Assembly (NCBI GenBank): GCA_050942955.1
Contig: JBMNOG010000001.1
Location: 4,347 to 68,346 of the forward strand
Reading direction: 5' to 3'
DNA length: 64,000 bases
Source of the DNA: Patescibacteria group bacterium
GTDB lineage: Bacteria; Patescibacteriota; Microgenomatia; UBA1400; UBA1449
Both the position numbers and the translations under genes were made by a program. This document shows, piece by piece, positions 1 to 9,725 of the stretch; position 1 is the first letter of the stretch, and each line of letters starts with the position of its first letter. Below the pieces are notes generated by a model. The model did not search any database. It was not told where the DNA came from and worked only from the letters and a program-made list of their open reading frames with translations.

Positions 1-66
1 CATTAAGTCCGAAACAGGATAGAAACGATTACTTTAAGATAAGAAATATAGATGGCTTATTATTTT

Positions 67-148
67 GCCGCGGTGGCGGAATTGGTAGACGCGCACGGCT
101 TAGGACCGTGTGCCGAAAGGCTTGGAGGTTCAAGTCCTCTCCGCGGCA
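67..148 (+). tRNA. tRNA-Leu (anticodon TAG), long variable arm
   Basis: Cloverleaf read by eye: acceptor gccgcgg/ccgcggc, D-arm ggaattggtaga, anticodon stem cacgg/ccgtg with loop cTTAGga, 13-nt variable hairpin, T-arm ggagg-ttcaagt-cctct, discriminator A. Confidence 0.8.
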
Positions 149-326
149 CAAGAAATAATAACCCTTAAGCAATTTTCTACTTTTCTCTTCTGAAAGCCTG
201 GTTACGCATGTATATCCTATATTAATTTATTTTATGATATAATATATCTGTATTTAGGCATTTTTGTGCTTAAGTACTGCACTTTTAAAACCCTAGGCGT
301 CTCGTAAATCCAGAAAGGAGTCAGCG

Positions 327-862
327 ATGTTGTGCTGGAAGTGCGGTAAAGAAGTGACAGAAGATTTCCTCTTCTGCCCGACATGCGGGAAAGCCCAGCT
401 TTCCCCGGAGGAGGCCAATACCCTTGGCCTTGCTCACTTGCTCAGTCAGCTTCTTTCGCGTCGTGTTTCAGTAGCTGACCGCAATAAGTCTGAGCAGTTT
501 GTCAGACAAATTTGTGGTCAAGATTGGAAGCTCCAGGAAGAGCAAGGGAAATTGCTTTGCGTCCTGGAAAACCATTTTCATGTCGATCTTACATCTCCCA
601 CTCCAGAGCCGCCCCCCCCCAAGCCCTCGCTGCGAGTCCTGTTACCATTCCACCAATTAACCTGGATGAGCTGCGCAAGCGGTACCAAAACCGTCCATTT
701 CTCAAAATCTCAGAGTTGGCAAAACTCCTGGGACTTGAATATAAGGCGGTTTGGGGAATCGTAAGACAAGAAGTATTCGGGGCCAAGAAGGTGGGGGGCT
801 CATGGCGAATTCCCATTGAGGGAATTATTAATTACTTCGCCGCACAAGAAAAGGAGGCCTAG
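327..862 (+). CDS. Zinc-ribbon (CxxC..CxxC) N-terminal region plus excisionase-family HTH C-terminal region, split into two overlapping frames (ORFs 327-764 and 512-862) at a C9 homopolymer
   Basis: N-terminal frame: MLCWKCGKEV..FCPTCGK zinc ribbon. Second frame after the poly-C: ISELAKLLGLEYKAVWGIVRQ...GGSWRIPIEGIINYF, which matches the TIGR01764-type excisionase HTH ('rrwRip...leef'). Each frame is junk on the other side of the C tract. Confidence 0.45.
612..620. repeat. C9 homopolymer tract at the frame junction
   Basis: gccccccccc read directly; a +1 (C10) would fuse the zinc-ribbon and HTH frames. Confidence 0.8.
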
Positions 863-875
863 AAAAACAACACCC

Positions 876-938
876 TCTCCACTAAGAGGATCAAATTCTT
901 TGCTCCAAAGCGGAGTTTTTGAGTTTGATCCTCTTGTG
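876..938. terminator. Compound inverted repeat (aagaggatcaaa / tttgatcctctt) enclosing the inner hairpin ctcc-aaagc-ggag; likely bidirectional terminator between convergent genes
   Basis: 12-bp perfect inverted repeat read in sequence, followed by T-rich tracts; sits between the 3' ends of the + ORF and murI (-). Confidence 0.5.
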
Positions 939-1004
939 GTTGGGGTTTATGTGTCTATGGGTGCTACCCATACTGATGAGTCTTAAGAAAGACGAAACAC
1001 AACT

Positions 1005-1832
1005 TTATAAGCCAACTAACTCCAACTCATCCTTTTTCCCAAACATTTCTCCCAAAAACATCCGTGCCATATCTGTATAGCGCTCGGGTAAATCTGTCAC
1101 AAAGTACTTGCGTTTACCATTTTTGCCAAGTTTTTTGTCAATTTCCGGATGGCGCTTAAGATAGTCGGCAAGTTTTTCGGCTACAATCGGCCCTTCGGAA
1201 ATAACGGTAACGTTTTTTCCTGCCCGTTTAGCAACTTTGCCAGCTACTAATCCATAGTGCGTACAGCCTAAAATGAGGCTATCAATCCTTTGTTTTAAGA
1301 GAGGTTTTAGGTACTCATCCAGAATTAAATCAAGAATTTGACCGTTACGGTTGCCTTCTTCGATATAAGGGACAAGAAGGGGGGAGGCATTTTGGAACAT
1401 CTCTACGTCGGGCGAGAGCTCTTTCACTTTTTTAATAAATCCTTGTGAAGCAACCGTTGCTCTCGTACCAATAAGCCCAATCCGTTTGTGGCCGTTACTT
1501 GTAACTGCTTCCAGGGTTGGTTGAATAACGCCTAATACCCGGCGAGTGGGGTAGTGTTTGGGTAAGTACTCTTTTTGGATCTTTGGCAAAGCAACAGCCG
1601 TCACCGTATTGCAAGCAAGGACAACAAGCTGGCAGTTTTGGGAAAAGAGGTAATCAACCGCTTTCTGGGTAAAGGAATAAATTAGTTCAGGCGAGCGGCT
1701 GCCGTAGGGAACTCTGGCATTGTCTCCCAGATATATATAGTCATACTGAGGTAAAAGCTTAACGATTTCTTTGAGAATCGCCAACCCGCCTAAACCTGAA
1801 TCAAAGATGCCGATACTACCTTTTGGGTTCAT
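1005..1832 (-). CDS. murI: Glutamate racemase
   Basis: IGIFDSGLGGL, LGDNARVPYG, LVLACNT and GCTHYGL motifs typical of MurI; 275 aa. Confidence 0.9.
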   Translation of the reverse strand: MNPKGSIGIFDSGLGGLAILKEIVKLLPQYDYIYLGDNARVPYGSRSPELIYSFTQKAVDYLFSQNCQLVVLACNTVTAVALPKIQKEYLPKHYPTRRVLGVIQPTLEAVTSNGHKRIGLIGTRATVASQGFIKKVKELSPDVEMFQNASPLLVPYIEEGNRNGQILDLILDEYLKPLLKQRIDSLILGCTHYGLVAGKVAKRAGKNVTVISEGPIVAEKLADYLKRHPEIDKKLGKNGKRKYFVTDLPERYTDMARMFLGEMFGKKDELELVGL

Positions 1833-1948
1833 ACGGACTATCTTACCCTAATCTCTTATGCTTTTGTAGCTTGTGAAAGCTTGGAATCGGCACGTATAAT
1901 ACATTTCATTGTTTAAATCAAGGAAAAATCTTTGTAGAATGGATACAT

Positions 1949-2971
1949 ATGAATTTAAGGTTGCCAGGAATCTTTAAGAAGCGCTGGTTCTGGTTTTTAT
2001 TTGTCTTAGTCTTCATTTTTGGGGGCTACTTTGCATGGCAGAATTCTCACAAGAAACAAAACGGTTTTGAAACATATGAAGTAAAAGCCATGGACCTTGA
2101 AAAAACTGTTACTGCTTCGGGTGGGATTACGGCTACAAACATAGCTTCTCTTAAGTTTCAAACAGGTGGGAGGCTTGCCTGGGTAGGAGTAAAGAAAGGG
2201 GATAGGGTCCGCAAGTGGCAGGCAATTGCAAGTTTAGATCAGCGTGAGCTTGAAAAAACCCTCAAAAAAACTCTGCTGGCTTATAACTCAACCAGAATGG
2301 ATTTTGACGAAACCAGCCAAACAACCTACAAAGATACAGCCCTAACTGAATCTATTGAAAGAATTTACCAAAAAAACCAGAATGCCCTGGATGCGGCAGT
2401 TGTTGATGTAGAATTGGCAGACCTTGCCAAACAATATGCCACTCTATATTCGCCGATCGATGGCATTGTAATTAAAGCAACAGACGAACATGCCGGGGTA
2501 AACATTTCTTTGGCTACAACTGAATATGTGGTCGTTGACCCAAACAGCTTGCAGTTTTCAGCCAATGTCGAGGAACTTGATATTGGTCTTATTACTGTTG
2601 GTCAAAGCGCTACAATTAACCTTGATGCGTTTCCTGAAAACTCCGTAGCCAGTAGCGTTGGTGAGATTGAGTTTACAGCTACCCAAACCACTACTGGTAA
2701 CACAGCGTTTACTGTTAACTTTCCCATTCCTGTAGATTCCCGCTATTTACTGGGAATGAATGGGGATGTCGAGGTTGTTGTTGACCGAAAATCAGGAGTT
2801 ATTGCAGTCCCCGTCGAAGCAGTCCGGGAAACAGAAACAGCTAGAACAGTAACAATTTTAAGAGAAGATAAAACGCAAGAAGAAGTAGTGATTACTACCG
2901 GCTTGGAAACCGATGAATACTTTGAGGTCACGGAAGGTTTGCAGGCTGGCGACACAATCATTCTTCCATAA
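1949..2971 (+). CDS. HlyD-family periplasmic adaptor (membrane fusion protein, MacA-like)
   Basis: N-terminal TM, coiled-coil, beta-barrel/lipoyl-like segments; immediately upstream of an ABC ATPase and an FtsX permease. Confidence 0.75.
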   Translation: MNLRLPGIFKKRWFWFLFVLVFIFGGYFAWQNSHKKQNGFETYEVKAMDLEKTVTASGGITATNIASLKFQTGGRLAWVGVKKGDRVRKWQAIASLDQRELEKTLKKTLLAYNSTRMDFDETSQTTYKDTALTESIERIYQKNQNALDAAVVDVELADLAKQYATLYSPIDGIVIKATDEHAGVNISLATTEYVVVDPNSLQFSANVEELDIGLITVGQSATINLDAFPENSVASSVGEIEFTATQTTTGNTAFTVNFPIPVDSRYLLGMNGDVEVVVDRKSGVIAVPVEAVRETETARTVTILREDKTQEEVVITTGLETDEYFEVTEGLQAGDTIILP

Positions 2972-2974
2972 CTC

Positions 2975-3658
2975 ATGACCCAAGCACTCCTTGAGATCAA
3001 GAATGTTTCAAAAATCTATAAGCTTGACGGCGTGTCTGTAAATGCGCTTCTGGATGTCAGTGTAGCAATTAATAAAGGTGAGTTTGTGTCTATTATGGGC
3101 CCATCGGGATCGGGAAAATCTACTCTCATGCACCTCATTGGCGCTCTTGACACTCCAACAGAAGGAGAGGTTTTTATTGACAATGAAAATATTGCCAAGC
3201 TTTCTGAGAGTGAGCTAGCCATAATCCGCAACCAAAAAATCGGTTTTGTCTTTCAGCAATTTAATTTACTTTCCAAAACCTCAGCTCTTCACAATGTAGA
3301 GGTACCTCTTATTTACGCAGGTGTCAGCGATGATAGGGAGCGGGAAGAAAAGGCCCGGAATATGTTAGTTAAAATAGGGCTAGGTGACAGACTTAAAAAC
3401 CACCCCAATCAGCTCTCTGGGGGCCAACAGCAGCGTGTAGCTATTGCCCGGGCACTGATTAACAAACCTACCATACTTCTAGCAGATGAACCAACCGGAA
3501 ATCTGGATTCTAAAACGGGTAAAGAAATTATGGCGCTATTTAAAGAACTTCATAAAGAGGGTAACACCATCGTTATGGTTACACATGAAGAAGATGTAGC
3601 TAAACATGCAAAGAGAATTATTTACATTAAAGACGGCAAAATAGTCAGTAAGCTATGA
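2975..3658 (+). CDS. ABC transporter ATP-binding protein (MacB/LolD-type)
   Basis: Walker [10 protein letters not shown], signature [15 protein letters not shown], Walker [13 protein letters not shown]. Confidence 0.9.
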   Translation: MTQALLEIKNVSKIYKLDGVSVNALLDVSVAINKGEFVSIMGPSGSGKSTLMHLIGALDTPTEGEVFIDNENIAKLSESELAIIRNQKIGFVFQQFNLLSKTSALHNVEVPLIYAGVSDDREREEKARNMLVKIGLGDRLKNHPNQLSGGQQQRVAIARALINKPTILLADEPTGNLDSKTGKEIMALFKELHKEGNTIVMVTHEEDVAKHAKRIIYIKDGKIVSKL

Positions 3659-4845
3659 TTATTTTTTCAGAAACACTGGAACTTGCATGGCAATCTTTGT
3701 GGCGAAATAAACTTCGTGCTTTTCTGACCATGCTTGGCATTATCATTGGAGTTGCTTCTGTTATTTTACTTATTTCTATTGGAGCCGGACTGAAAAGCTA
3801 CATTACTGGACAGTTTGAAAGTTTAGGCTCAAATCTCATCTATGTTTTGCCAGGCGATATCCAGGGAAGTGGACCAATGGGAATGCTGCCCAATTTAAGC
3901 GAAAACGATATTAGAGCCATTAAACGTATTGGTTATCCCATAAAAGACGCAAGTGGAAATTTTGAAACATTCATAAAGGCCCGTTATGGATCAGTAGAGA
4001 AAGCATTGCACTGTATGGGTGTTGATGAAGCCGCTATTGAGATGCTCAATTATAAAGCTGAAAGGGGAAGAGCTATAAACGATGTTGATGTCCAGAAAAC
4101 TGCCAGAGTTGCTTTTATTGGCCCAGGTGCCGCTGAAAAACTTTTTGAAAACGATAACCCTGTTGGCCGCACAATTCTTATTCAATCAACTAAATACAGG
4201 GTAGTGGGTGTTTTTGAGAGTAAGGGCGGAGGTATGAGTGTCGGTATGTCTGTTGATGACAGTGTTCTTATTCCAACAACAACAGCAAAAAAGCAGTTTA
4301 ATCAAGATAAGCTTTCTCAGGTCTTTGCCAGTGTTGCTACCAAAGAAGAGCTTGACAGCGCCAAAAATAAGGTCGAAAAAGTAATGCTCAAAAACTATGA
4401 TGAAGATGAGTTCTCAGTAGTCGGGCAGGAAGAGCTTCTTAGCACTGTTGACCAAATTTTAGGAGCTATGACTGCAGGGCTGGGAGGCATTGCGGCTATC
4501 TCTTTACTAGTAGGTGGCATTGGCATTATGAACATTATGTTTGTTACTGTCACCGAGAGAACCCGGGAAATTGGACTAAGAAAAGCTCTTGGAGCTCAAC
4601 CGAAAGATATTCTGGTTCAGTTTTTGATCGAATCAGTAACTCTAAGTCTTGTTGGCGGCAGTATTGGTATCCTCCTGGCAATGGGAGGATCAATGGTTTT
4701 AAGCAGTTTTTTTGCTTCTGAGATTACACTATCAGCAGTTCTTCTTGCTTTCACATTCTCTTCTGTTATTGGTGTTATCTTTGGCGTTGTTCCTGCTTGG
4801 AAAGCAGCCAAACTGGACCCAATCACAGCCTTGAGGTATGAGTAG
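3655..4845 (+). CDS. ABC transporter permease, FtsX/MacB family
   Basis: N-terminal TM, large periplasmic domain, C-terminal four-TM FtsX-like region; start overlaps the stop of the ATPase (operon). Confidence 0.85.
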   Translation: MIIFSETLELAWQSLWRNKLRAFLTMLGIIIGVASVILLISIGAGLKSYITGQFESLGSNLIYVLPGDIQGSGPMGMLPNLSENDIRAIKRIGYPIKDASGNFETFIKARYGSVEKALHCMGVDEAAIEMLNYKAERGRAINDVDVQKTARVAFIGPGAAEKLFENDNPVGRTILIQSTKYRVVGVFESKGGGMSVGMSVDDSVLIPTTTAKKQFNQDKLSQVFASVATKEELDSAKNKVEKVMLKNYDEDEFSVVGQEELLSTVDQILGAMTAGLGGIAAISLLVGGIGIMNIMFVTVTERTREIGLRKALGAQPKDILVQFLIESVTLSLVGGSIGILLAMGGSMVLSSFFASEITLSAVLLAFTFSSVIGVIFGVVPAWKAAKLDPITALRYE

Positions 4846-4920
4846 GCTAATTATAGGGTATAATACACTATCCAAATATTCCAAATGTTTACTAAGTAAC
4901 AAAGTATAAAGGAGCATTCT

Positions 4921-5838
4921 ATGGCAACAAAAGACACAAAAACTACAAAAAAAACTACTCAAAAAAAAGAAAACAAAGTAGTTGAATCAAAACTTAACTG
5001 GCTACCGAATAAAACATTTGAGCTCGAAGTTACTATCCCCTGGGAACTAGTAGCCAAAACATACGATGAGGTTCTGGAACGTACTGCTAAAAACCTCACC
5101 CTTAAAGGCTTTAGAAAAGGTAAAGCACCCAAGCAAATGGTAGAAAGCTATGTAGGTAAACAGAAGCTTTATGAACAAACAGCTCAAGAAATCGTTACCG
5201 AAAGTTATTTTCATGCTGTTAAACAACACAATTTGCGGCCAATTATGCACCCTAACATTACTCCGGTTTCAGTCGAGGAAAATAAAGACTGGAAAGTCAA
5301 AGCAGTTTCCTGTGAGGCACCAGAGGTAAAACTAGGAAATTATAAAGAAGCGATTAAGGGTCTTAAAGCTAAGAGTGCGATTTGGACACCTGAAAAAGGG
5401 AAGGTAGAAGAAAAGGATCAGAAAGCGGCTGGTCCAACAGTTGATCAAATTTTGGGAGAACTGCTTAACAGCGCAGAAATTGGAATCTCAGAGATGCTTT
5501 TAAATGCTGAAACTAACCGGATGTTAAGCAACCTCGTTGACCAAGTGAATGCAGTTGGAATGACTGTTCAGCAGTATTTGGAAGCCAACGGCAAAGAACA
5601 GAAACAATTACAACAGGAGTATCGAGCACTTGCCGAAAAATCTTTAAAGCTTGAATTTGCTATTGCAAAAGTTTCTGAGGAAAACCAGATTACCGTTACA
5701 GAAAAAGAGATCAGCGAGATGATTGAAAATACAAAAGATCCTAATGTCAGAAAGCAGCTTGAACAACCTGAACAAAAGAATTATCTGTCACTACTTATCC
5801 GGAAACAAAAGACGATTGACTTTCTAAAGAGCCTATAG
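4921..5838 (+). CDS. tig: Trigger factor, short form lacking the central PPIase domain
   Basis: Ribosome-binding signature GFRKGKAPKQMVESYVG near the N-terminus; only 305 aa (E. coli TF is 432 aa). Confidence 0.7.
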   Translation: MATKDTKTTKKTTQKKENKVVESKLNWLPNKTFELEVTIPWELVAKTYDEVLERTAKNLTLKGFRKGKAPKQMVESYVGKQKLYEQTAQEIVTESYFHAVKQHNLRPIMHPNITPVSVEENKDWKVKAVSCEAPEVKLGNYKEAIKGLKAKSAIWTPEKGKVEEKDQKAAGPTVDQILGELLNSAEIGISEMLLNAETNRMLSNLVDQVNAVGMTVQQYLEANGKEQKQLQQEYRALAEKSLKLEFAIAKVSEENQITVTEKEISEMIENTKDPNVRKQLEQPEQKNYLSLLIRKQKTIDFLKSL

Positions 5839-5868
5839 TATATTTAACAGCTAAATAAACAGCTTTGC

Positions 5869-6585
5869 TTGCAAATTGGATCGTTTACTTATATAACAAA
5901 AATACAGCAAGTAGAGCAACATCGTATGGATGACTTATTTAAGGCTCCCGGTCAGTTGAATACGGGTTCAGGCAAAAAGCAACAGACAAAACAATCTGCC
6001 AGTTTTCTTGAGGCTTTGCGTGAACAAGCAAAATCTGCAACCACTGGTGTGGCTAACTCAGCAGTAGATCAGTTACGCGGCGCTGTTCCAAATCAAGATA
6101 CAACTCCTAGCCACCAGTCAAATACTCAACCAGACGTAAATAGGCAGCCGTTTAATTTTGCTGAATTTTTGAAAATGCGGGAAAACCGCATCCGTCAGCA
6201 GGAAAGAACTCTTCAGCAGCAGCGCAGAACCGAAACCCTACTTTTTCACCAAAAGGAAGAGCAAACAAAAAAAGAAATTGAGGCCATAAAGGTGGAAATA
6301 AAAAAGATTATTGAATCAACAACTGATGTTTCTGCTGAGTTCATGGCTGCAGAACAGAGCTTGATGGCCACTACAGTTGAGGTAGGTACTTACCAAATCA
6401 ACTTCTTTCAAAGAATTAAGAGGATTTTAATTCTGGTTAGAAAACGTTTAACTGAGTCAAAACACTGGCTGGAAATGTTTAATTCCCGAAAAAATCAGCG
6501 CTCCTACTATTGGAATCAAGTTCAGAAGTCCGGCACCAAGTATATGCTCTCTCACGAAAGAACTGTTGCCACTCAAACCGGCTAA
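5869..6585 (+). CDS. Hypothetical Gln/Lys-rich coiled-coil protein (start possibly at Met 5926)
   Basis: ORF only; no recognisable motif. Confidence 0.35.
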   Translation: MQIGSFTYITKIQQVEQHRMDDLFKAPGQLNTGSGKKQQTKQSASFLEALREQAKSATTGVANSAVDQLRGAVPNQDTTPSHQSNTQPDVNRQPFNFAEFLKMRENRIRQQERTLQQQRRTETLLFHQKEEQTKKEIEAIKVEIKKIIESTTDVSAEFMAAEQSLMATTVEVGTYQINFFQRIKRILILVRKRLTESKHWLEMFNSRKNQRSYYWNQVQKSGTKYMLSHERTVATQTG

Positions 6586-6590
6586 AACTC

Positions 6591-8168
6591 CTATTGTACT
6601 CTAAACATTGTTTTTGGCAGAGCATATTTCTCAATCAATGTTTTATTTTTTTCATTTCGCTTCAGCATTACTAGACAATAATCATCAACAAATACCGGTT
6701 CCCAAAGATCGTCATTTATTCTCTTTACTAAAAAAGGCTGACCCCATGGAGTCATGTCATGCCGGTAATAGTAAATGACGTTAAAATTATATTTCTCGTC
6801 CATCTCCTGCCAGAAATTTTCGTCTTCCTGCATCTGGATATAGGTATCCTGCATAAACTCGGTGCTGTAAGCTTCCGGCCGATTATCAATAAATACCTTT
6901 TCCTCGGGGAACAAGTTAAAGATTAGATATCCGCCAACATCATAGTTGTTAAATATTGGTCCTTTAATCCCCACCCGTTTAAAAAACTGTGCTGATTTTT
7001 GAACTCCCGGCATCAAACCCAAACCTTGGTTTTTTACATAAGCTGAATAAATGTGGTCTTGTGTGCTAAAACTAAAAATTAACATAACAACCACCGCTAC
7101 CCCCCCAATTTGATAGACAATTCGCTTCACCTCAGAAGCCTTATTTATTAAATAGAGGTATATGTTTTCAGCAGCCAATGGAATAAAAAACAGTCCTAGT
7201 AGAGGAAAGTTACGAACCATATGAAAGGCTAAAGCGGTAAAAACAACTGCCAAAACTAAACGCAGCCAATATTTTCCAGGATTTGTTTTAATGAATGGAA
7301 TAAATGTAACAAAAAGAAACCCGGCCAACATTTCAACAACGATGTAGATAGGTAAATGAAATCTTTGCTGCATGAAAAAAACAGACTGGTTCTCAGCCAG
7401 TGTGTAACCATAGTTCATAAAAATGGTAAAAGGCACTAAAGCGCCACTAAATCCATAAGGATTCAGAAGGCAGGCAGTGCATACCACAGAAAGAAGAATA
7501 CCCAGACTCAACTTACTACTCTTTGAATTTTTAGACACAAAACTATCCAGCATAAATAAGCCTACTAGCATAATTCCAACAGGAAAGAGTATATGGAGGT
7601 TTACCCAAACTACTTGCAACAAAAATAGAAGCAAAATTACAGATAATGGAATTTTCCTACTCTTATACTTGTTAAGAAAATAGTAGAAAGCAGCAGCAAA
7701 TAAGTAGCTGAATATTTCCGGCCTAACCTCACGCCTTGATGTAAGTAGAGGTAATGCAAGAAGAGAAAGTAGTGATGCTAGGGTAAAATTAGCTTTGCTT
7801 TGCGCAGTTTTGAAGACTGTAAAAAAGGTTAGAACTCCGGTAAGCACATAGACTAAAGATAGTCCGGCAAACCCGGCATGTTTCCATATCAGGTAAAAAA
7901 GAGGGCCAGTTGCCCAGTGATGGTTAATGGTTTTATGATCAGGTTGAGTATATGAGTAGTAGTTGGTATCTATTGGTTTAAGATTATTTAAAAAGTACTC
8001 TCCGTTTTTAATGTGTCTTCCTAGATCAGCTGTAGTAAGATTTATTTTTTGAGAAAGCATCATGCCTACTAGAAGCAGTAGGCACATTAAAAAAGGAATC
8101 CTCAGCTCCCTGGTAAAGTTCTCCCAATCCAAGTTTTTGAATACCTTAGTTAAAGAAGCAGTCTGCAT
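6591..8168 (-). CDS. Polytopic integral membrane protein, possibly a GT-C-type glycosyltransferase (PMT/ArnT-like)
   Basis: More than 10 predicted TM helices plus a C-terminal soluble domain; family assignment by resemblance only. Confidence 0.35.
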   Translation of the reverse strand: MQTASLTKVFKNLDWENFTRELRIPFLMCLLLLVGMMLSQKINLTTADLGRHIKNGEYFLNNLKPIDTNYYSYTQPDHKTINHHWATGPLFYLIWKHAGFAGLSLVYVLTGVLTFFTVFKTAQSKANFTLASLLSLLALPLLTSRREVRPEIFSYLFAAAFYYFLNKYKSRKIPLSVILLLFLLQVVWVNLHILFPVGIMLVGLFMLDSFVSKNSKSSKLSLGILLSVVCTACLLNPYGFSGALVPFTIFMNYGYTLAENQSVFFMQQRFHLPIYIVVEMLAGFLFVTFIPFIKTNPGKYWLRLVLAVVFTALAFHMVRNFPLLGLFFIPLAAENIYLYLINKASEVKRIVYQIGGVAVVVMLIFSFSTQDHIYSAYVKNQGLGLMPGVQKSAQFFKRVGIKGPIFNNYDVGGYLIFNLFPEEKVFIDNRPEAYSTEFMQDTYIQMQEDENFWQEMDEKYNFNVIYYYRHDMTPWGQPFLVKRINDDLWEPVFVDDYCLVMLKRNEKNKTLIEKYALPKTMFRVQ

Positions 8169-8180
8169 AGGCTTTAGAAG

Positions 8181-8501
8181 TTAATTCTGCTTTTTTCCAG
8201 TTTCAATTTTACCCTCAGTCATCGCCAAAAGTTTGCTTAGTTCTTCTGCAAATCGCTTGGCATGAATCCGGCTCATTCCCACTCTCGAAACAATCTTCAT
8301 TCGGTTTGTTCCTACACTTTGACACACATCCATGATAAGCCCATTCTGGTTAGTGCTCACTATGATGTTATCCGTATACAGAATTGGCGTAGTTTCAGGG
8401 TTAATATCAACGGAAATTGACGGCTTTGGTTTGTTCTCTACCATAATCCTCCTAAATAATTTATTACCTATACCATAGCAGACCCAAGTCTTACTCTGCA
8501 A
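8181..8501 (-). CDS. DUF3467-like small protein (true start probably the internal Met, MVENKPK)
   Basis: Segment IVSRVGMSRIHAKRFAEELSKLL resembles the DUF3467 conserved core. Confidence 0.4.
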   Translation of the reverse strand: MQSKTWVCYGIGNKLFRRIMVENKPKPSISVDINPETTPILYTDNIIVSTNQNGLIMDVCQSVGTNRMKIVSRVGMSRIHAKRFAEELSKLLAMTEGKIETGKKQN

Positions 8502-8628
8502 TTCGAAACTTATCTTTCTCTTCTTCAGTTAGAAGTTCGTTTTTCATTTTCTTAAGTATCCTAGCTAGTCTTTCTTGAGATACTTTAATTAAATCAAGTA
8601 AATCTTTTTTGGGATTTACTGCTTTCGG

Positions 8629-9316
8629 TTAGTAGTCTGAGAATATATCCACGGATTTGTCTATCTGAACCAGTAAAAGGCGATTGGGACTTGTAGCTAG
8701 AACTCTTCTGTACAAGGTTGCCGACAGTCTTTTTAGCCTGGCACCATAGTCCACATGGGCGTAATACCAGATACGAGGATTGTTATAATCAAGTGTCTCT
8801 TCAATTAATTGAAGTATGTCTTTATCATTAACGTTTACGATAATTTTAAAGAAATAATGGATGTAAACTGTGCGAATGTTAGTTTCAATAACAACTGTAG
8901 GCTCGTTAAAGATAAAAGCCATGAGGGCGCAGACAGTGTATGACCTCCACTCCAGGCAACTGCTTTAGTTTCTCCAGTGTACGAGGTAGCTGTTCTGAGT
9001 ATTGTGAAACAACAGCTCTGACGGCTTCTCTAAGATAAAGAGCCCTGCGGTTATACCCCAATCCTTGCCAGTGTTTCAAAACAGTTTAAAGAGAAGCGCT
9101 CGCGAGAGATGTAAAGTCCGAAAACGTACTTAAAAACTCACAGTACTTAGGAATAACTCTATCTGCTTGTGTCTGCTGGAGCATAATTTCAGAAACAAAG
9201 ATTGCATAAAGGTCATGCGTATTTCTCCAGGGAAAATTTCTACCTTGTTCCTTATAAAATGAAGATATCTCTCTCTGAAAAGCTTTAACTTGTTTTTGTG
9301 ATAGGGTCATAGCCAC
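8629..9316 (-). pseudogene. HhH-GPD DNA glycosylase (endonuclease III / MutY family), disrupted by an in-frame TAA and at least one frameshift
   Basis: N-terminal piece 9316-9086 (FPWR..LYAIFVSEIMLQQTQ). An in-frame taa follows, then ..HWQGLGYNRRALYLREAV..LPGV. A 1-nt frame change then leads into RSYTVCALMAFIFNEPTVVIETNIRTV (8922-8629), which matches the HhH and 'VDTNV RV' motifs. No C-terminal FeS cluster motif. Confidence 0.55.
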
Positions 9317-9330
9317 TTGATCCTGTCACA

Positions 9331-9687
9331 GTGAATTGCTATGGTGTATGTATGTTCCTAACTAACCTCCTTATTAGTGGTTTAGCAGTTTTTGTTACTG
9401 CATATATTTTGGACGGAGTAGTAGTAGATAACTATCTTGTGGCCTTGTTAGTTTCAGTACTGCTTGGTTTAGCTAATGCTGTTTTAAAACCCATTCTTCT
9501 TATTTTCACATTACCTATAAATATACTCACTTTGGGTCTATTTACCTTTGTAATCAATGCAATTATGGTAATAATTGTGAGTAGTGTAGTTGCCGGTTTT
9601 ACTGTCACCAACTTCTGGTGGGCTCTACTTTTTAGTTTACTCCTGTCGGTGGTTAATTCAATTCTCCTGTCTCTGGTGAAAAAGTGA
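9331..9687 (+). CDS. Small four-TM membrane protein, phage holin family 4_2 / DUF360 (YvlD-like)
   Basis: 118 aa, four hydrophobic helices, ...GFTVTNFWWALLFSLLLSVVN pattern typical of PF04020. Confidence 0.5.
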   Translation: MNCYGVCMFLTNLLISGLAVFVTAYILDGVVVDNYLVALLVSVLLGLANAVLKPILLIFTLPINILTLGLFTFVINAIMVIIVSSVVAGFTVTNFWWALLFSLLLSVVNSILLSLVKK

Positions 9688-9725
9688 ATTTGAGGAACAG
9701 AACCTTAGGGTCCAAAAAAGGGATT

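Noticed and set aside
327-764. Reading the 145-aa frame-0 ORF as one intact protein
   Set aside because: Downstream of the C9 tract frame 0 encodes low-complexity junk, whereas frame 2 encodes a textbook HTH; a single intact 145-aa product is unlikely
2365-4962. Antisense ORFs inside the efflux genes (2365-2565, 2743-3000, 3016-3231, 3991-4185, 4617-4826, 4732-4962)
   Set aside because: They lie fully within well-supported genes on the opposite strand and have no motifs; they are shadow ORFs
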